From IMG/VR virus record IMGVR_UViG_3300017971_000341, positions 1 through 54,045 of that record: DNA of 54,045 bases, one strand, 5' to 3'. Of this stretch, positions 19,593-28,728 are shown one piece after another. This stretch comes from a virus. Taxonomy: Duplodnaviria > Caudoviricetes. Position numbers and translations under genes: made by a program. A model generated the notes under the pieces. That model saw only the letters and a list, made by a program, of their open reading frames with translations. It had not been told where the DNA came from and ran no database searches. The first letter of the stretch is position 1, and every line of letters starts with the position of its first letter.

Positions 19593-19627
19593 CCCCAGGG
19601 TTGAGACCTCCCCACTCAACCCTGGGG
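19593..19627 (+). terminator. 13-bp hairpin after the MCP gene
   Basis: CCCCAGGGTTGAG-ACCTCCCCA-CTCAACCCTGGGG. Confidence 0.65.
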
Positions 19628-19657
19628 TGTCTTGTATGGGGAGAGGGAAGGACACGT

Positions 19658-20074
19658 GTGAAATTCAAGGTGTTGGGCCCAAAGCATAGTCAGTACGGTA
19701 AGACCTACAAGACGGGTGACATTATTCTGACCGGTATGGATCTGGAGAAGATGTTCGGCAAGAACAGATTCGCCAGGGTAGATTTGATACCTGATCCGAA
19801 TCCTGATCCGGTGTTCGTGACCACTACTCCGGTCAAACCAGAGCCCGAGAAGATCAAACCAGAGCCCGAGAAGAAAGAATCCAAGACTGTGAAGGGGAAG
19901 GGGACTCTCTGCACGGCGAGTTTTCCTCTGGCTGTAGAGGAGTGTTTTTGCGTGTACAGGAGAGGTGGTTGGTACCACGTTTTCGAGGACGAGCATTCTG
20001 ATTCTCCGCTGAACGAGAAGGGGATCAAGAAGGCTCATGTGGACGCATTCATAAGGGAGTACCTTGAGGGGTAA
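19658..20074 (+). CDS. Hypothetical protein after MCP
   Basis: GTG at 19658 after GGGAAGGA; tandem KPEPEK duplication; GGWYHV motif. Confidence 0.6.
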   Translation: MKFKVLGPKHSQYGKTYKTGDIILTGMDLEKMFGKNRFARVDLIPDPNPDPVFVTTTPVKPEPEKIKPEPEKKESKTVKGKGTLCTASFPLAVEECFCVYRRGGWYHVFEDEHSDSPLNEKGIKKAHVDAFIREYLEG

Positions 20075-20738
20075 GCTCCCTACGTTTTGGACTCCTGATC
20101 CGATCTGGGAAGGGGAGGACTGCTATGTCATTGGTGGTGGTCCTTCCTTACGTGGATTTGATTGGGGATTACTCAGAGGACAGAACACGATCGGCTGCAA
20201 TTCTGCGTTTCTGCTAGGCTCGCATGTTTGCAAGATTGTGATCTTCGGCGATTTCATTTGGTGGGAGAAGATTGGACGCGACTGTCTCCAGGAATACGGG
20301 GGTCTGGTCGTGAGCATTCTTCCCCCCTCCAGCAGCCAGGCTGTATCCGAGATCCCTTGGGTACTCTCCATGGATCGTAATGGTGGAGAGGTCTCCAGAG
20401 ACAAGCTGTGTTGGGCCGATAACGTTGGAGCGGCTGCGTTGAATCTAGCTCTGATACTAGGAGCACGGCGTGTTTTCCTGCTCGGATTCGATATGCAGCT
20501 TGGTCCCAAAGACGAGAAGACTGGCAGGGATCCGGGGAGGGCTAATTGGCATGATTGTCGGTGCGAGCCGGCTAGAGCAGAAGCATACCCAAGATTCCTG
20601 CGCGGATTCCCGCGTGTTGCAGATTCGATTCGACGTGTGTTTCCGGGTCGAGAGATCTACAACGTCACAGACGGAAGCAGCAAGCTAGACGTGTTTCCCA
20701 AGATCACTCTGGGAAGCACTCCAATTGGGGAGGACTAA
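20064..20738 (+). CDS. Maf/DUF115 or GT29-like glycosyltransferase-fold protein
   Basis: VIGGGPSL..TIGCN..ALNLA..LGARRVFLLGFD..IYNVT. Confidence 0.7.
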   Translation: MRGKLPTFWTPDPIWEGEDCYVIGGGPSLRGFDWGLLRGQNTIGCNSAFLLGSHVCKIVIFGDFIWWEKIGRDCLQEYGGLVVSILPPSSSQAVSEIPWVLSMDRNGGEVSRDKLCWADNVGAAALNLALILGARRVFLLGFDMQLGPKDEKTGRDPGRANWHDCRCEPARAEAYPRFLRGFPRVADSIRRVFPGREIYNVTDGSSKLDVFPKITLGSTPIGED

Positions 20739-20740
20739 TC

Positions 20741-21082
20741 ATGGAAGAGCAACAGAGCATTGGATCCTTGGTGTGGTTATTTGTAAACAGTCCAGTAGGT
20801 CTCACGATTGTTGGATCTGTTTTGGTCTGGATTCTGGGGATGGTGTTCAGGCAGAAACCCACTTGGCAAAAGATCTACGACGAGCACAAGGGTCTACTGG
20901 TAGACGCAGTCAAGCACGCAGAGAGAGCGATACCAGACGACACCGAGAACAAGGCAGCAGCCAGGGCAGACGCCGCTCTGAAATTCGTCCTCAAGGTCCA
21001 ATCCCACCTTGGAGGCAGGCAGAAGGCAGTGAAGGAAGCAATCAATGCAGCTCACAACGTGGTGGAGAGGAAGGAGCGGTAG
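20741..21082 (+). CDS. Holin-like membrane protein
   Basis: One N-terminal TM helix, AVKHAE..K...A and IN.AAH pattern similar to LL-H-type holins. Confidence 0.55.
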   Translation: MEEQQSIGSLVWLFVNSPVGLTIVGSVLVWILGMVFRQKPTWQKIYDEHKGLLVDAVKHAERAIPDDTENKAAARADAALKFVLKVQSHLGGRQKAVKEAINAAHNVVERKER

Positions 21083-21243
21083 TGGGTTGGATCTCTCCCA
21101 TTGTCTTGGCTCTTGTCGCTGTACTGAAGGTGTTCTTCGGCACGGACAAGTTGCAGAAGAGGACTGTAGAGCACCCAGAGCCACATATTGAGGTCACTGG
21201 TGGACAGACTGACGTTGAGCGTTTGGCCGATCTTGGTTTGTAG
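21082..21243 (+). CDS. Small membrane protein (possible inner spanin-like)
   Basis: GTG at 21082 after AAGGAG; MGWISPIVLALVAVLKVFFG. Confidence 0.5.
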   Translation: MGWISPIVLALVAVLKVFFGTDKLQKRTVEHPEPHIEVTGGQTDVERLADLGL

Positions 21244-21511
21244 CCTCCTTGTTGGCTGCTCTGGATTCACTCTGGGGCCAACTGTGGAGGAGCGAGCTGT
21301 GATTGTCAGGAGTGGGACGGCAATAGAGTGTCTAGAGAATACGGAGGTCAGGGCTCGTGTACTAGCTGGTGACGGAGAGTCCAAGGTGTTCGATCAAGAC
21401 GTGGGTGGTTGGATCATGATGCACCCGGACCATTGGGAAGCGCTGAAGAGAGAGATCCAAAGATTGCGCGGGACAGGCAAGAGGGAAGAGGGCAATGGCG
21501 AGGACCACTAG
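21188..21511 (+). CDS. Putative lipoprotein (outer spanin-like)
   Basis: Hydrophobic stretch ending in an LLVG-C lipobox; overlaps the preceding membrane ORF. Confidence 0.5.
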   Translation: MRSLVDRLTLSVWPILVCSLLVGCSGFTLGPTVEERAVIVRSGTAIECLENTEVRARVLAGDGESKVFDQDVGGWIMMHPDHWEALKREIQRLRGTGKREEGNGEDH

Positions 21512-21902
21512 CACAGCTGTCGAGGGAATCATAGAGGTCGATTCCACGATCTCTCTGACACCATTCATAGAGGTGGCGAACGCTTTGGTCACTGAGCTGT
21601 GCTCCGATTCGAGCTACACAGACGCCAGGCTAGAGCTGATTGAGCGTTGGTTGTCAGCCCACTTCTACGCGGTCCGGGATCTACGCACGGCTAGCGAGCG
21701 TGCAGGCAAAGTAGGCGCGTCTTATCAGCACAAGGTGGATTTGAATCTAGCCGTGACTGTCTATGGCCAGCAGGCAATGCTGATCGACACAGACGGCAAT
21801 TTAGCGGCACTGAACGCGAAGGTGGCTCAAGGAGGGGGCCGAACGGTTGGGGTCACGTGGCTTGGTACTGGAGACAGTGAGGGCAACGATGACACTGATT
21901 AA
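21495..21902 (+). CDS. Head-tail adaptor protein
   Basis: IERWLSAHF..T.YGQQA..D.G pattern; position. Confidence 0.7.
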   Translation: MARTTSTAVEGIIEVDSTISLTPFIEVANALVTELCSDSSYTDARLELIERWLSAHFYAVRDLRTASERAGKVGASYQHKVDLNLAVTVYGQQAMLIDTDGNLAALNAKVAQGGGRTVGVTWLGTGDSEGNDDTD

Positions 21903-21911
21903 GAGTAGTTC

Positions 21912-22277
21912 ATGACGGTAGACGAACTGTGGAAGATTGGGTTTCGCAGCGTACTTGCGGTCTTGGTTGGACTGGTCGCATGGATCGTAAAAGTGACCCT
22001 GGGGAATCGTGAGAGATCAGCGATCCAAGAGCAGAAGCTTGCGACTTTGGAGGGGAGGCTCTCAGACTTGGAGGAGGAGCAGGTCAGGAAGGAGGACATT
22101 CGAGTACTCCTGAAAGAGGTAATGATCGAGAGGGATAACACGCTGTGTTTGATTGTCAAGCAGGCGGTTACTGAGGGAGTGGCCAATTGTAGGAGACAGC
22201 GTAGGGAGGAAATGACAGAGGAGGTGGAGCTAATAGTCCGTCGAATCCTAGAGAGTAGCCATGGCGGCCGCGACTGA
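21912..22277 (+). CDS. Membrane-anchored coiled-coil protein
   Basis: N-terminal TM followed by a heptad-rich region. Confidence 0.6.
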   Translation: MTVDELWKIGFRSVLAVLVGLVAWIVKVTLGNRERSAIQEQKLATLEGRLSDLEEEQVRKEDIRVLLKEVMIERDNTLCLIVKQAVTEGVANCRRQRREEMTEEVELIVRRILESSHGGRD

Positions 22278-22629
22278 CAACATAGGAATCGCTGTCAAGA
22301 CTATGCGTCAGACAGCAGTCTACTGGGCTCCCACAGGATCCCACGACGCTAATGGACAGCCCACGTACGAGACTCCAGAGGAGATCTCGTGCAGGTGGGA
22401 CGACGTGGCAGAGGAATTCATAACAGCCACTGGATCTAGGGAGCTGTCAAGAGCCCAGCTGATTGTGGACAGGGATCTAGAGGTCACTGGAATGATTCTC
22501 CTGGGGACTTTGGGATCTTCGATCGATCAAGCAGACCCCCACGCCAATGTGGGGGCCTGGGAGATCAGGCAGACGGCCAAGACACCCAGTCTGAGAGGCA
22601 CCAAGTACCTTAGGGAGGCGATTCTCTAA
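22261..22629 (+). CDS. Head closure (stopper) protein
   Basis: QTAVYW..D.NG.P..P.EI.CRW; neck-region position. Confidence 0.65.
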   Translation: MAAATDNIGIAVKTMRQTAVYWAPTGSHDANGQPTYETPEEISCRWDDVAEEFITATGSRELSRAQLIVDRDLEVTGMILLGTLGSSIDQADPHANVGAWEIRQTAKTPSLRGTKYLREAIL

Positions 22630-23054
22630 TGGCCTCCCTGGTGAAGATTGACGGGGTGAGGGACATTCAGCGGAATTTGTGTAAGGCGGATTCGCGAATT
22701 CGCAAGGCTCTTGAGAGAGGAGTGGTCAAAGCTGGTTTGTACATTCAGCGGGAGAGTCAGCGGATTGTTCCCGTGGACACTGGAAATCTCAAAGCGTCTG
22801 CATTCACTCGGAAGATCGGCAGCGGAGTGAAATTCGACGTGATTGTGGGGTACACAGCCAGCTACGCAATCTATGTTCACGAGAACATAGAAGAGAAGAA
22901 CAAGGGAGAGCCCAGACCACGTAGGAGAGGAGTGGATAGAGGCAACTTCTGGGATCCTCCGGGCAGAGGACAATCCAAATTCCTCGAGACTCCTGCTAGA
23001 GAAGGCAAGCGAAGGTTGATTCAGATCGTGAGGAAAGAGGCGGAGAGGTTGTGA
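22629..23054 (+). CDS. HK97 gp10-like neck/tail completion protein
   Basis: VPVDTGNLKAS, YAIYVHE, KFLE. Confidence 0.85.
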   Translation: MASLVKIDGVRDIQRNLCKADSRIRKALERGVVKAGLYIQRESQRIVPVDTGNLKASAFTRKIGSGVKFDVIVGYTASYAIYVHENIEEKNKGEPRPRRRGVDRGNFWDPPGRGQSKFLETPAREGKRRLIQIVRKEAERL

Positions 23055-23482
23055 TCACCCATTCTCCAGCTGCAATCATTGCTGACTTCCTGATTGCTGA
23101 AGGAGTCTTTACGGATCCCAGTGCTGATTCGAGCTGGCCACTCTTCATAGCTCACGAGCCAAACAGTCCAGACGAATGCGGAACGATCTACACCACCACA
23201 GGAGTAGACGACGGGCGGTTAATGACGGGGGTCAATATCCTCCACCATGGGATTCAGATTCGGGTGAGAGGAGACGACTACGACGCAGCGTGGCTGCAGT
23301 TGCAGGACGCATTGGATTCTTTGGAGGGACTGAACAACGAATCAGTTGTGATTGATTCCTCAACGTATACGGTGTTCAACACAAGTCAGACTGGACCTGC
23401 TATTCCCCTGGGTGTGGAGCCTGGGACCAGGCGCAGGTTCCTATTCACTGCCAATCTTTTGGTCTCCTTGAGGGAGGAATAG
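23051..23482 (+). CDS. Tail terminator / minor capsid-3-like protein
   Basis: IQIRVRG..Y, RFLFTAN; precedes the tail tube gene. Confidence 0.7.
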   Translation: MITHSPAAIIADFLIAEGVFTDPSADSSWPLFIAHEPNSPDECGTIYTTTGVDDGRLMTGVNILHHGIQIRVRGDDYDAAWLQLQDALDSLEGLNNESVVIDSSTYTVFNTSQTGPAIPLGVEPGTRRRFLFTANLLVSLREE

Positions 23483-23484
23483 CA

Positions 23485-23907
23485 ATGGCGAGGATGGACG
23501 ACGGATTCGCAACCCTGATCACGTTCGACGAAGATTCGGATGTGCAACTTTGGGAGAAGGAGGTCTCTCCTCCGGGTGTCTCTGGTGGAGGAGCAAACGA
23601 CACGACCACCATGCAAAACACAGCATGGCGTACCATGTCTCCTAAGCAGCTGAAGACACTCACGCCTAGTAGTTTGGTGGCTGCTTACGATCCAGCCGTG
23701 TACGACGAAATCGTCACCATGTGCAATGTCAATCAGCAGATCACGGTAACATTCCCGGACAGCTCCACGTTGGTCTTCTGGGGTTGGATCGACGAGTTCA
23801 CTCCGAATCGGATCGTGGAAGGAGAGCAACCAACGGCTGAGGTCACAATCGTGCCCAGCAACCAGAATGGGAGTGGAGTAGAGACTGCGCCGTCCTACTC
23901 TGCTTAA
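23485..23907 (+). CDS. Major tail tube protein
   Basis: PPGVSGG..DTTTM, YDP, ITVTFPD..FWGW. Confidence 0.8.
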   Translation: MARMDDGFATLITFDEDSDVQLWEKEVSPPGVSGGGANDTTTMQNTAWRTMSPKQLKTLTPSSLVAAYDPAVYDEIVTMCNVNQQITVTFPDSSTLVFWGWIDEFTPNRIVEGEQPTAEVTIVPSNQNGSGVETAPSYSA

Positions 23908-23915
23908 TCAGGAAT

Positions 23916-23949
23916 CCCTGGGGTGGGGGATCCCCTCCCCACCCCAGGG
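23916..23949 (+). terminator. 13-bp hairpin after the tail tube gene
   Basis: CCCTGGGGTGGGG-GATCCCCT-CCCCACCCCAGGG. Confidence 0.6.
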
Positions 23950-23976
23950 TTGCTATAGGGGAAGGGAAGGACACGC

Positions 23977-24333
23977 ATGGAAGAACTGAGATTTGATCTG
24001 GATCGTAAAGAGCTACCGATTGTATTGGAGGGAGCTAGTGAACGCTTGCATTTGGTTCTGCGAGAGCTAACCGGAAAGGATCGAGACAAGTATCTCTCCT
24101 CGCTGTCTGGGAGAATGCGATTCGACGCCAGCGGTCAGCCAATCGGCTTAAAGAGCTTTGATGGTCTGCAGTCTGGTCTCCTCTCTCTGTGTCTATACGA
24201 CGATCAGGGGAATCGGATCAAGCGAAGCTCCATTGAGGAATGGCCAGCAAGCACTCAGACTAGGATCTTCGAAAAGGCCCAAGAGATTAACGCCCTCAAT
24301 CAAGAGGCTGTGGACCTCGCGGGAAACGACTAA
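23977..24333 (+). CDS. Tail assembly chaperone (gpG-like)
   Basis: Between tube and tape measure genes; ends with a G GGA AAC slippery site. Confidence 0.8.
   Translation: MEELRFDLDRKELPIVLEGASERLHLVLRELTGKDRDKYLSSLSGRMRFDASGQPIGLKSFDGLQSGLLSLCLYDDQGNRIKRSSIEEWPASTQTRIFEKAQEINALNQEAVDLAGND
24321..24327 (+). other. -1 programmed ribosomal frameshift site GGGAAAC
   Basis: X XXY YYZ heptamer just before the stop; the -1 frame is open to 24674. Confidence 0.8.
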
Positions 24334-24674
24334 GGGGCGAGAGGGGACAATGGTTCCGTCTCGCCTCTCACTTGGGACTGCCGTTGCAAGAGGTTCAGGC
24401 CAAGACCACCTCCTCGGAATTTGTGGAGTGGATTCACTTCTTGGATCTCGAGGTGAATTCATTCCACCGAGAGAATTACTATCTAGCGCAGATTGCAGCA
24501 GAGGTGCGCAGAGGACACGTGAAGGATCCAGGCAAGGTTAAGATAGACGATCTGATTCTCAAATTTGAGAATAAGGATCCCAATCTACGAGTAGACGATT
24601 TGTCTCCTGATGATCGTATGGCTCGTAGCAAGAGCTTCTGGTTGGCGACTCTTGGCATGAGCGGGAAGGACTGA
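24321..24674 (+). CDS. Tail assembly chaperone frameshift extension (gpT-like)
   Basis: The -1 frame reads GKRLRGERGQWFRLASHLG..TSSEFVEW; no good independent start. Confidence 0.75.
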   Translation, partial: GKRLRGERGQWFRLASHLGLPLQEVQAKTTSSEFVEWIHFLDLEVNSFHRENYYLAQIAAEVRRGHVKDPGKVKIDDLILKFENKDPNLRVDDLSPDDRMARSKSFWLATLGMSGKD

Positions 24675-24676
24675 TC

Positions 24677-26755
24677 ATGTTCAAGCTCTCGATAGGAGAT
24701 CTCTACGTCCGCTTGCTTGGCGACGCGTCCGCATTCAACAAGATGATGGACGGCGCCGAAAGGAAGATGCTTGCCGCAAGTAAGAAGATGGAATCTGTGG
24801 GTAAGAAGTTGTTCACCAAGGTTACCTTGCCTTTGGTTGGGATTGGTGGAGCCTCTGTTAAGGCTTTTTCCGATTTCGACGACGCCATGACGAAGTCAGT
24901 AGCAATTATGGGTGGTGTGTCCGACGAAATGCGAAAGAAGATGGAGGATACAGCCAAGGAGATCTCAAGCAAGACAACCACTTCTGCCAAGGAATTAGCG
25001 GAGGCCTATTACTTCTTGGCGTCTGCTGGAATGGATGCGGAGCAAGCGATAGCAGCGTTAGCGGCTGTGGAGAAGTTTTCGATAGCTGGTGCGTTCGATA
25101 TGGCCAAGGCCACTGATCTATTGACTGATGCACAATCTACTTTGGGTTTGGCTTCCAAGAATCCTGCTGAGAATCTCAAAAACATGCGCTATGTGTCCGA
25201 CCAGCTAGTTGGGATCGCATCGACAGCCAATGCGAGTGTTGAGCAGTTCTCTAAGGCAATCGTCACGAAGAGTGGTCCAGCTCTGAAGTATCTAGGCAAG
25301 AGTCTGGAAGAAGGGTTAGCGGTCCTTGGGGTGTTTGCCGATCGATCGTACAAAGCTGAGCAGGGAGGTGAGAAGCTAGCTATTGTCCTTCGAGATGTGC
25401 GTACTGCTGCACGCAATAATGCAGAGGCTTGGGCTGCTCTGGGGATTCGGGCATTTGACGCCAACGAGAAGATGCTCCCTGTGGCAGACATTGTAGAGGA
25501 TCTAGATAATCTGTTTAGTGGTCTGACTGATCAGCAGAAGGGAGCGGCACAAGCTCTGCTGGGATTTCAGGACAGATCATTTGACGCACTAGCCACATTG
25601 CTGGGGACATCTCAGGCGATTCGGGAGTATCACAAGCAGTTGCTCGGAATGGCTGGCAAAACCGAGGAAGTGGCAAGGGTCCAGCTCTCTTCGTTCAATG
25701 CTCAAATGGTACAGGTTTGGAATAACGTGGTGTTGGTAGGGATGAGTATCGGCAAGATCCTAGCTCCTTATGTCCTGAAAATGGGCAAGCTGGTGCAGGA
25801 AGCCACATTGTGGTGGTTTGGGTTATCCTCCAGTACTCAGGAGATGATAATCGCATTGGCTGCATTCTTTGCGCTGATTGGACCAGTGCTCATGGTGCTG
25901 AGTGGAGCCGTCAAGTTGTTTGGGTTGCTGTACCTGAAGACGATTGCATGGACTGGGGCTATTGCGGTCACTGTGGGTGCTATAGCACTACTGACTGATG
26001 TCATTCTTAGAATGACGGACAGCGGGAATCTAGGTTTGATTGAGTTGGTTAACAACTTCCGAATTGGTGGCGATAAGATTTCCACTAGGGTCAAGGTCGC
26101 TTGGTTGGAGATCTTCAAGGGATTTGAGTGGATGCGAATCCACACGACGGCTGGGTGGGAGGCTATCGCATACCACGCAATGAATGCCATGGGGTGGTTG
26201 TATCGTGGCGTGATGAAGGTTCTCCAGAAGATCACATACGCGTTTGGGTTCGACGAGATTGCTGAGAGCGCACAGAAGGGTATAGATGAGAGTTTGAAGA
26301 ATAGGGAGGCTCGGACTCTCAAATTCATTGGGAGGATCGGGAGCCTGTACAGGGAGAATGCAAATCTCCAGCAGCAGTATAACCAGGCGATTGCAGAGTC
26401 TTACGCGGCAGACGAGCGGGAATTCCTCAAGACCCAGAAGAAGAAGAAGGCAACTGAACTCACAATACCAGAGGTCAAACTACCAGAGATTCCTGGGGCT
26501 GCAGCTCCTATGGGGTTTGGAATGCCAGAGATACCTGGATTTGGAATGCCCTCCATTCCCATGCTGGGGGCCGGGACGTCTGGCAGACCCCAAGAATTTG
26601 AGCAAATCAGCCTCCGTCGATTTGGGCTATCTGGTCCTGGGGGTTTGAGTACCAAGCCTCCCAAGCAAGAGGTCGAGGCTAAGGGGGTCGAGGACAGAAT
26701 GGATACGCTAATCGACGTTGTGAAGAACAAACAGAGTGTGGCTGTGTTGGGGTAG
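24677..26755 (+). CDS. Tape measure protein (TP901 family core)
   Basis: 692 aa, Ala-rich; SAKELAEAYYFLASAG; hydrophobic segments. Confidence 0.92.
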   Translation: MFKLSIGDLYVRLLGDASAFNKMMDGAERKMLAASKKMESVGKKLFTKVTLPLVGIGGASVKAFSDFDDAMTKSVAIMGGVSDEMRKKMEDTAKEISSKTTTSAKELAEAYYFLASAGMDAEQAIAALAAVEKFSIAGAFDMAKATDLLTDAQSTLGLASKNPAENLKNMRYVSDQLVGIASTANASVEQFSKAIVTKSGPALKYLGKSLEEGLAVLGVFADRSYKAEQGGEKLAIVLRDVRTAARNNAEAWAALGIRAFDANEKMLPVADIVEDLDNLFSGLTDQQKGAAQALLGFQDRSFDALATLLGTSQAIREYHKQLLGMAGKTEEVARVQLSSFNAQMVQVWNNVVLVGMSIGKILAPYVLKMGKLVQEATLWWFGLSSSTQEMIIALAAFFALIGPVLMVLSGAVKLFGLLYLKTIAWTGAIAVTVGAIALLTDVILRMTDSGNLGLIELVNNFRIGGDKISTRVKVAWLEIFKGFEWMRIHTTAGWEAIAYHAMNAMGWLYRGVMKVLQKITYAFGFDEIAESAQKGIDESLKNREARTLKFIGRIGSLYRENANLQQQYNQAIAESYAADEREFLKTQKKKKATELTIPEVKLPEIPGAAAPMGFGMPEIPGFGMPSIPMLGAGTSGRPQEFEQISLRRFGLSGPGGLSTKPPKQEVEAKGVEDRMDTLIDVVKNKQSVAVLG

Positions 26756-26758
26756 GCT

Positions 26759-27571
26759 ATGGCAGCTAGTGCAAAGATTCAGAGGACGGATCTGCTAGAG
26801 GCTCAGGAGAGACACGGAGCTATTGTTCGTCTTGTGATGCGGAGTCGTGTTGTTGATCTAACAGACACGACGTACGAAACGCTCATGACAGCCTTGGACG
26901 TTTCAGGGATCCCGGCAGCAGGATCTACTCTGACGGGTGCTCCCAATCTGATCCTGACCGAGAGAAACCCAAAGCTCGTTAATAAGGGGGTGGTGGACGT
27001 AGATCTGGTCTACGAGCATTTCATGAACGAGGGCCAAGATCTAGACACACCTCTGGGTGGGTTGTCCACTGGTCGGATTTCTGCGAACGTGCAACAGGTC
27101 ACGTCCAATTTAGACGGGGACGATGTACCGATCACTGTGGAGCACACGTACCCTGCGACAGATCCAGATTGGCCAGGCGAAACAAAGACACAGGGAGGAG
27201 AGATTCAGTACTACCAACCGCAGAGGACTATATTTCTGCAGGGAATCAAGGACACGTTCCGGCCGTGGGTGATCGCCAATTCGATCATAGGTAAGGTAAA
27301 CAGTACCACGTGGTCTGGTGAGGGCCGGCACGAATGGATGTGCACCAATGTCACGTGGACTCTCTACGATCGTGATACGCAGAATCGATACCTCATGACT
27401 TTTGAGTTCCAACACAATCCAGACTCGTGGAATCCCACAGCAGTGTTTATCGACGAGCGCACCGGTCGCCCTCCTGTGGATTTGGTAGAGGACGAGGGAT
27501 ACAAATACATTCGCAAGCACGACGCAATCAATTTCGAGCGGGTTATTGGCACTAGAATCCAGGGAGGCTAG
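26759..27571 (+). CDS. Tail tip/baseplate protein (putative)
   Basis: Directly after the tape measure gene. Confidence 0.55.
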   Translation: MAASAKIQRTDLLEAQERHGAIVRLVMRSRVVDLTDTTYETLMTALDVSGIPAAGSTLTGAPNLILTERNPKLVNKGVVDVDLVYEHFMNEGQDLDTPLGGLSTGRISANVQQVTSNLDGDDVPITVEHTYPATDPDWPGETKTQGGEIQYYQPQRTIFLQGIKDTFRPWVIANSIIGKVNSTTWSGEGRHEWMCTNVTWTLYDRDTQNRYLMTFEFQHNPDSWNPTAVFIDERTGRPPVDLVEDEGYKYIRKHDAINFERVIGTRIQGG

Positions 27572-27573
27572 TA

Positions 27574-28101
27574 GTGGATCTGCCGTCCTTTCGTCCCCGC
27601 CAATCACTGTTAGCTGAGGATCTGAATAAGATTGTCAATGCTGTGATTCAGAGAGTTGGTGGAGGGAAAGGGATTCAAGCTGCTAACTTCGGTGGGAATG
27701 TCCTGGTCTCCAAAAGCTTCGAGAGGAGACCTCCAACTGTGCTGCGTCAAATGGAGATCCAAAGTGTACAGGGGGACTATCTTGTCTGTCGCACTCTAGA
27801 CGCAAGTGGTACTCAGGGACCTAATGACGTCTACGTCCTCAAGCCATGGACCCTACGCCAGACACCGTTTGACGGGCAGACGGTCAACGGTGTGTCCTAC
27901 GCATATTCAGACGCCAGCAACCGGACAGCTACAGCAGGAGACGAGGAGGAGGATCAACAGATCACCCAAGATTACTATACTGGGGCTGTGATCTATGTCA
28001 TGGATTCAGATGCGAGTGTAGAGGTCGTGGCTGGAGTGTTTGCTCGGGTGATCGACGTGAATGTGGACGCGCGAGCGTGGCTCAAGGTACCTGAGGAGTA
28101 G
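27574..28101 (+). CDS. Putative tail protein
   Basis: LLAEDLNKIV N-terminus; operon position. Confidence 0.55.
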   Translation: MDLPSFRPRQSLLAEDLNKIVNAVIQRVGGGKGIQAANFGGNVLVSKSFERRPPTVLRQMEIQSVQGDYLVCRTLDASGTQGPNDVYVLKPWTLRQTPFDGQTVNGVSYAYSDASNRTATAGDEEEDQQITQDYYTGAVIYVMDSDASVEVVAGVFARVIDVNVDARAWLKVPEE

Positions 28102-28104
28102 CGA

Positions 28105-28728
28105 GTGGTCACGCCTAAGAGATCGACACTGGGTGTTGGACTGAGATCTCCGCTCGGAGTACTGGACGCGGTAAAGACGATAGATTTCACGTCCTATGGG
28201 GACGCCACGATCAGCCTCTTGGGCACGTCCTACGTGAGGCACTACACATGGGACTACTCCTATCCACAGACTTGGGTTCTTGAGTACACGTACTCCCTCA
28301 CGAATGCCACTTTCCCAATGGGTGGACGTACATACGCGCTGAATCGGATCTTCAATGGAACTGGCTTGGCCATGGGTCGCTACTTTTTGATCTATCCATG
28401 GACCAGCTTCAGCGTCAACGACACCATGTCTTCACACCCAGGATTCTATGTGATCCCGGAGTACTGGGGATCTCCCCCTTACTCGGCAGCATTCGCCACC
28501 CCAGTGTTTTCCATCCAACCAGGCTATGCCAAAGCTGCAATCGACTTCAGTACCAATGTATCAGTGCCAATGGATGGTGGAGGGATCTGTAACGACACCT
28601 ATGGAGAGATTTTGTTGGAATACACTCTCAATACGCCCTACACCCCGATTCCTGGAAAGCTGAACAGAATGGATTTCAGTATCGATCTAGCGCTAGCCCC
28701 AGGCTCGGCCGGAGTGGCAGAGGCATGA
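28105..28728 (+). CDS. Putative virion structural protein (aromatic-rich)
   Basis: Tight operon packing. Confidence 0.5.
   Translation: MVTPKRSTLGVGLRSPLGVLDAVKTIDFTSYGDATISLLGTSYVRHYTWDYSYPQTWVLEYTYSLTNATFPMGGRTYALNRIFNGTGLAMGRYFLIYPWTSFSVNDTMSSHPGFYVIPEYWGSPPYSAAFATPVFSIQPGYAKAAIDFSTNVSVPMDGGGICNDTYGEILLEYTLNTPYTPIPGKLNRMDFSIDLALAPGSAGVAEA

Noticed and set aside
20725-21081. N-terminal part of the 172-aa ORF 20725-21243
   Set aside because: Overlaps the holin-like gene; a better start with RBS is at 21082
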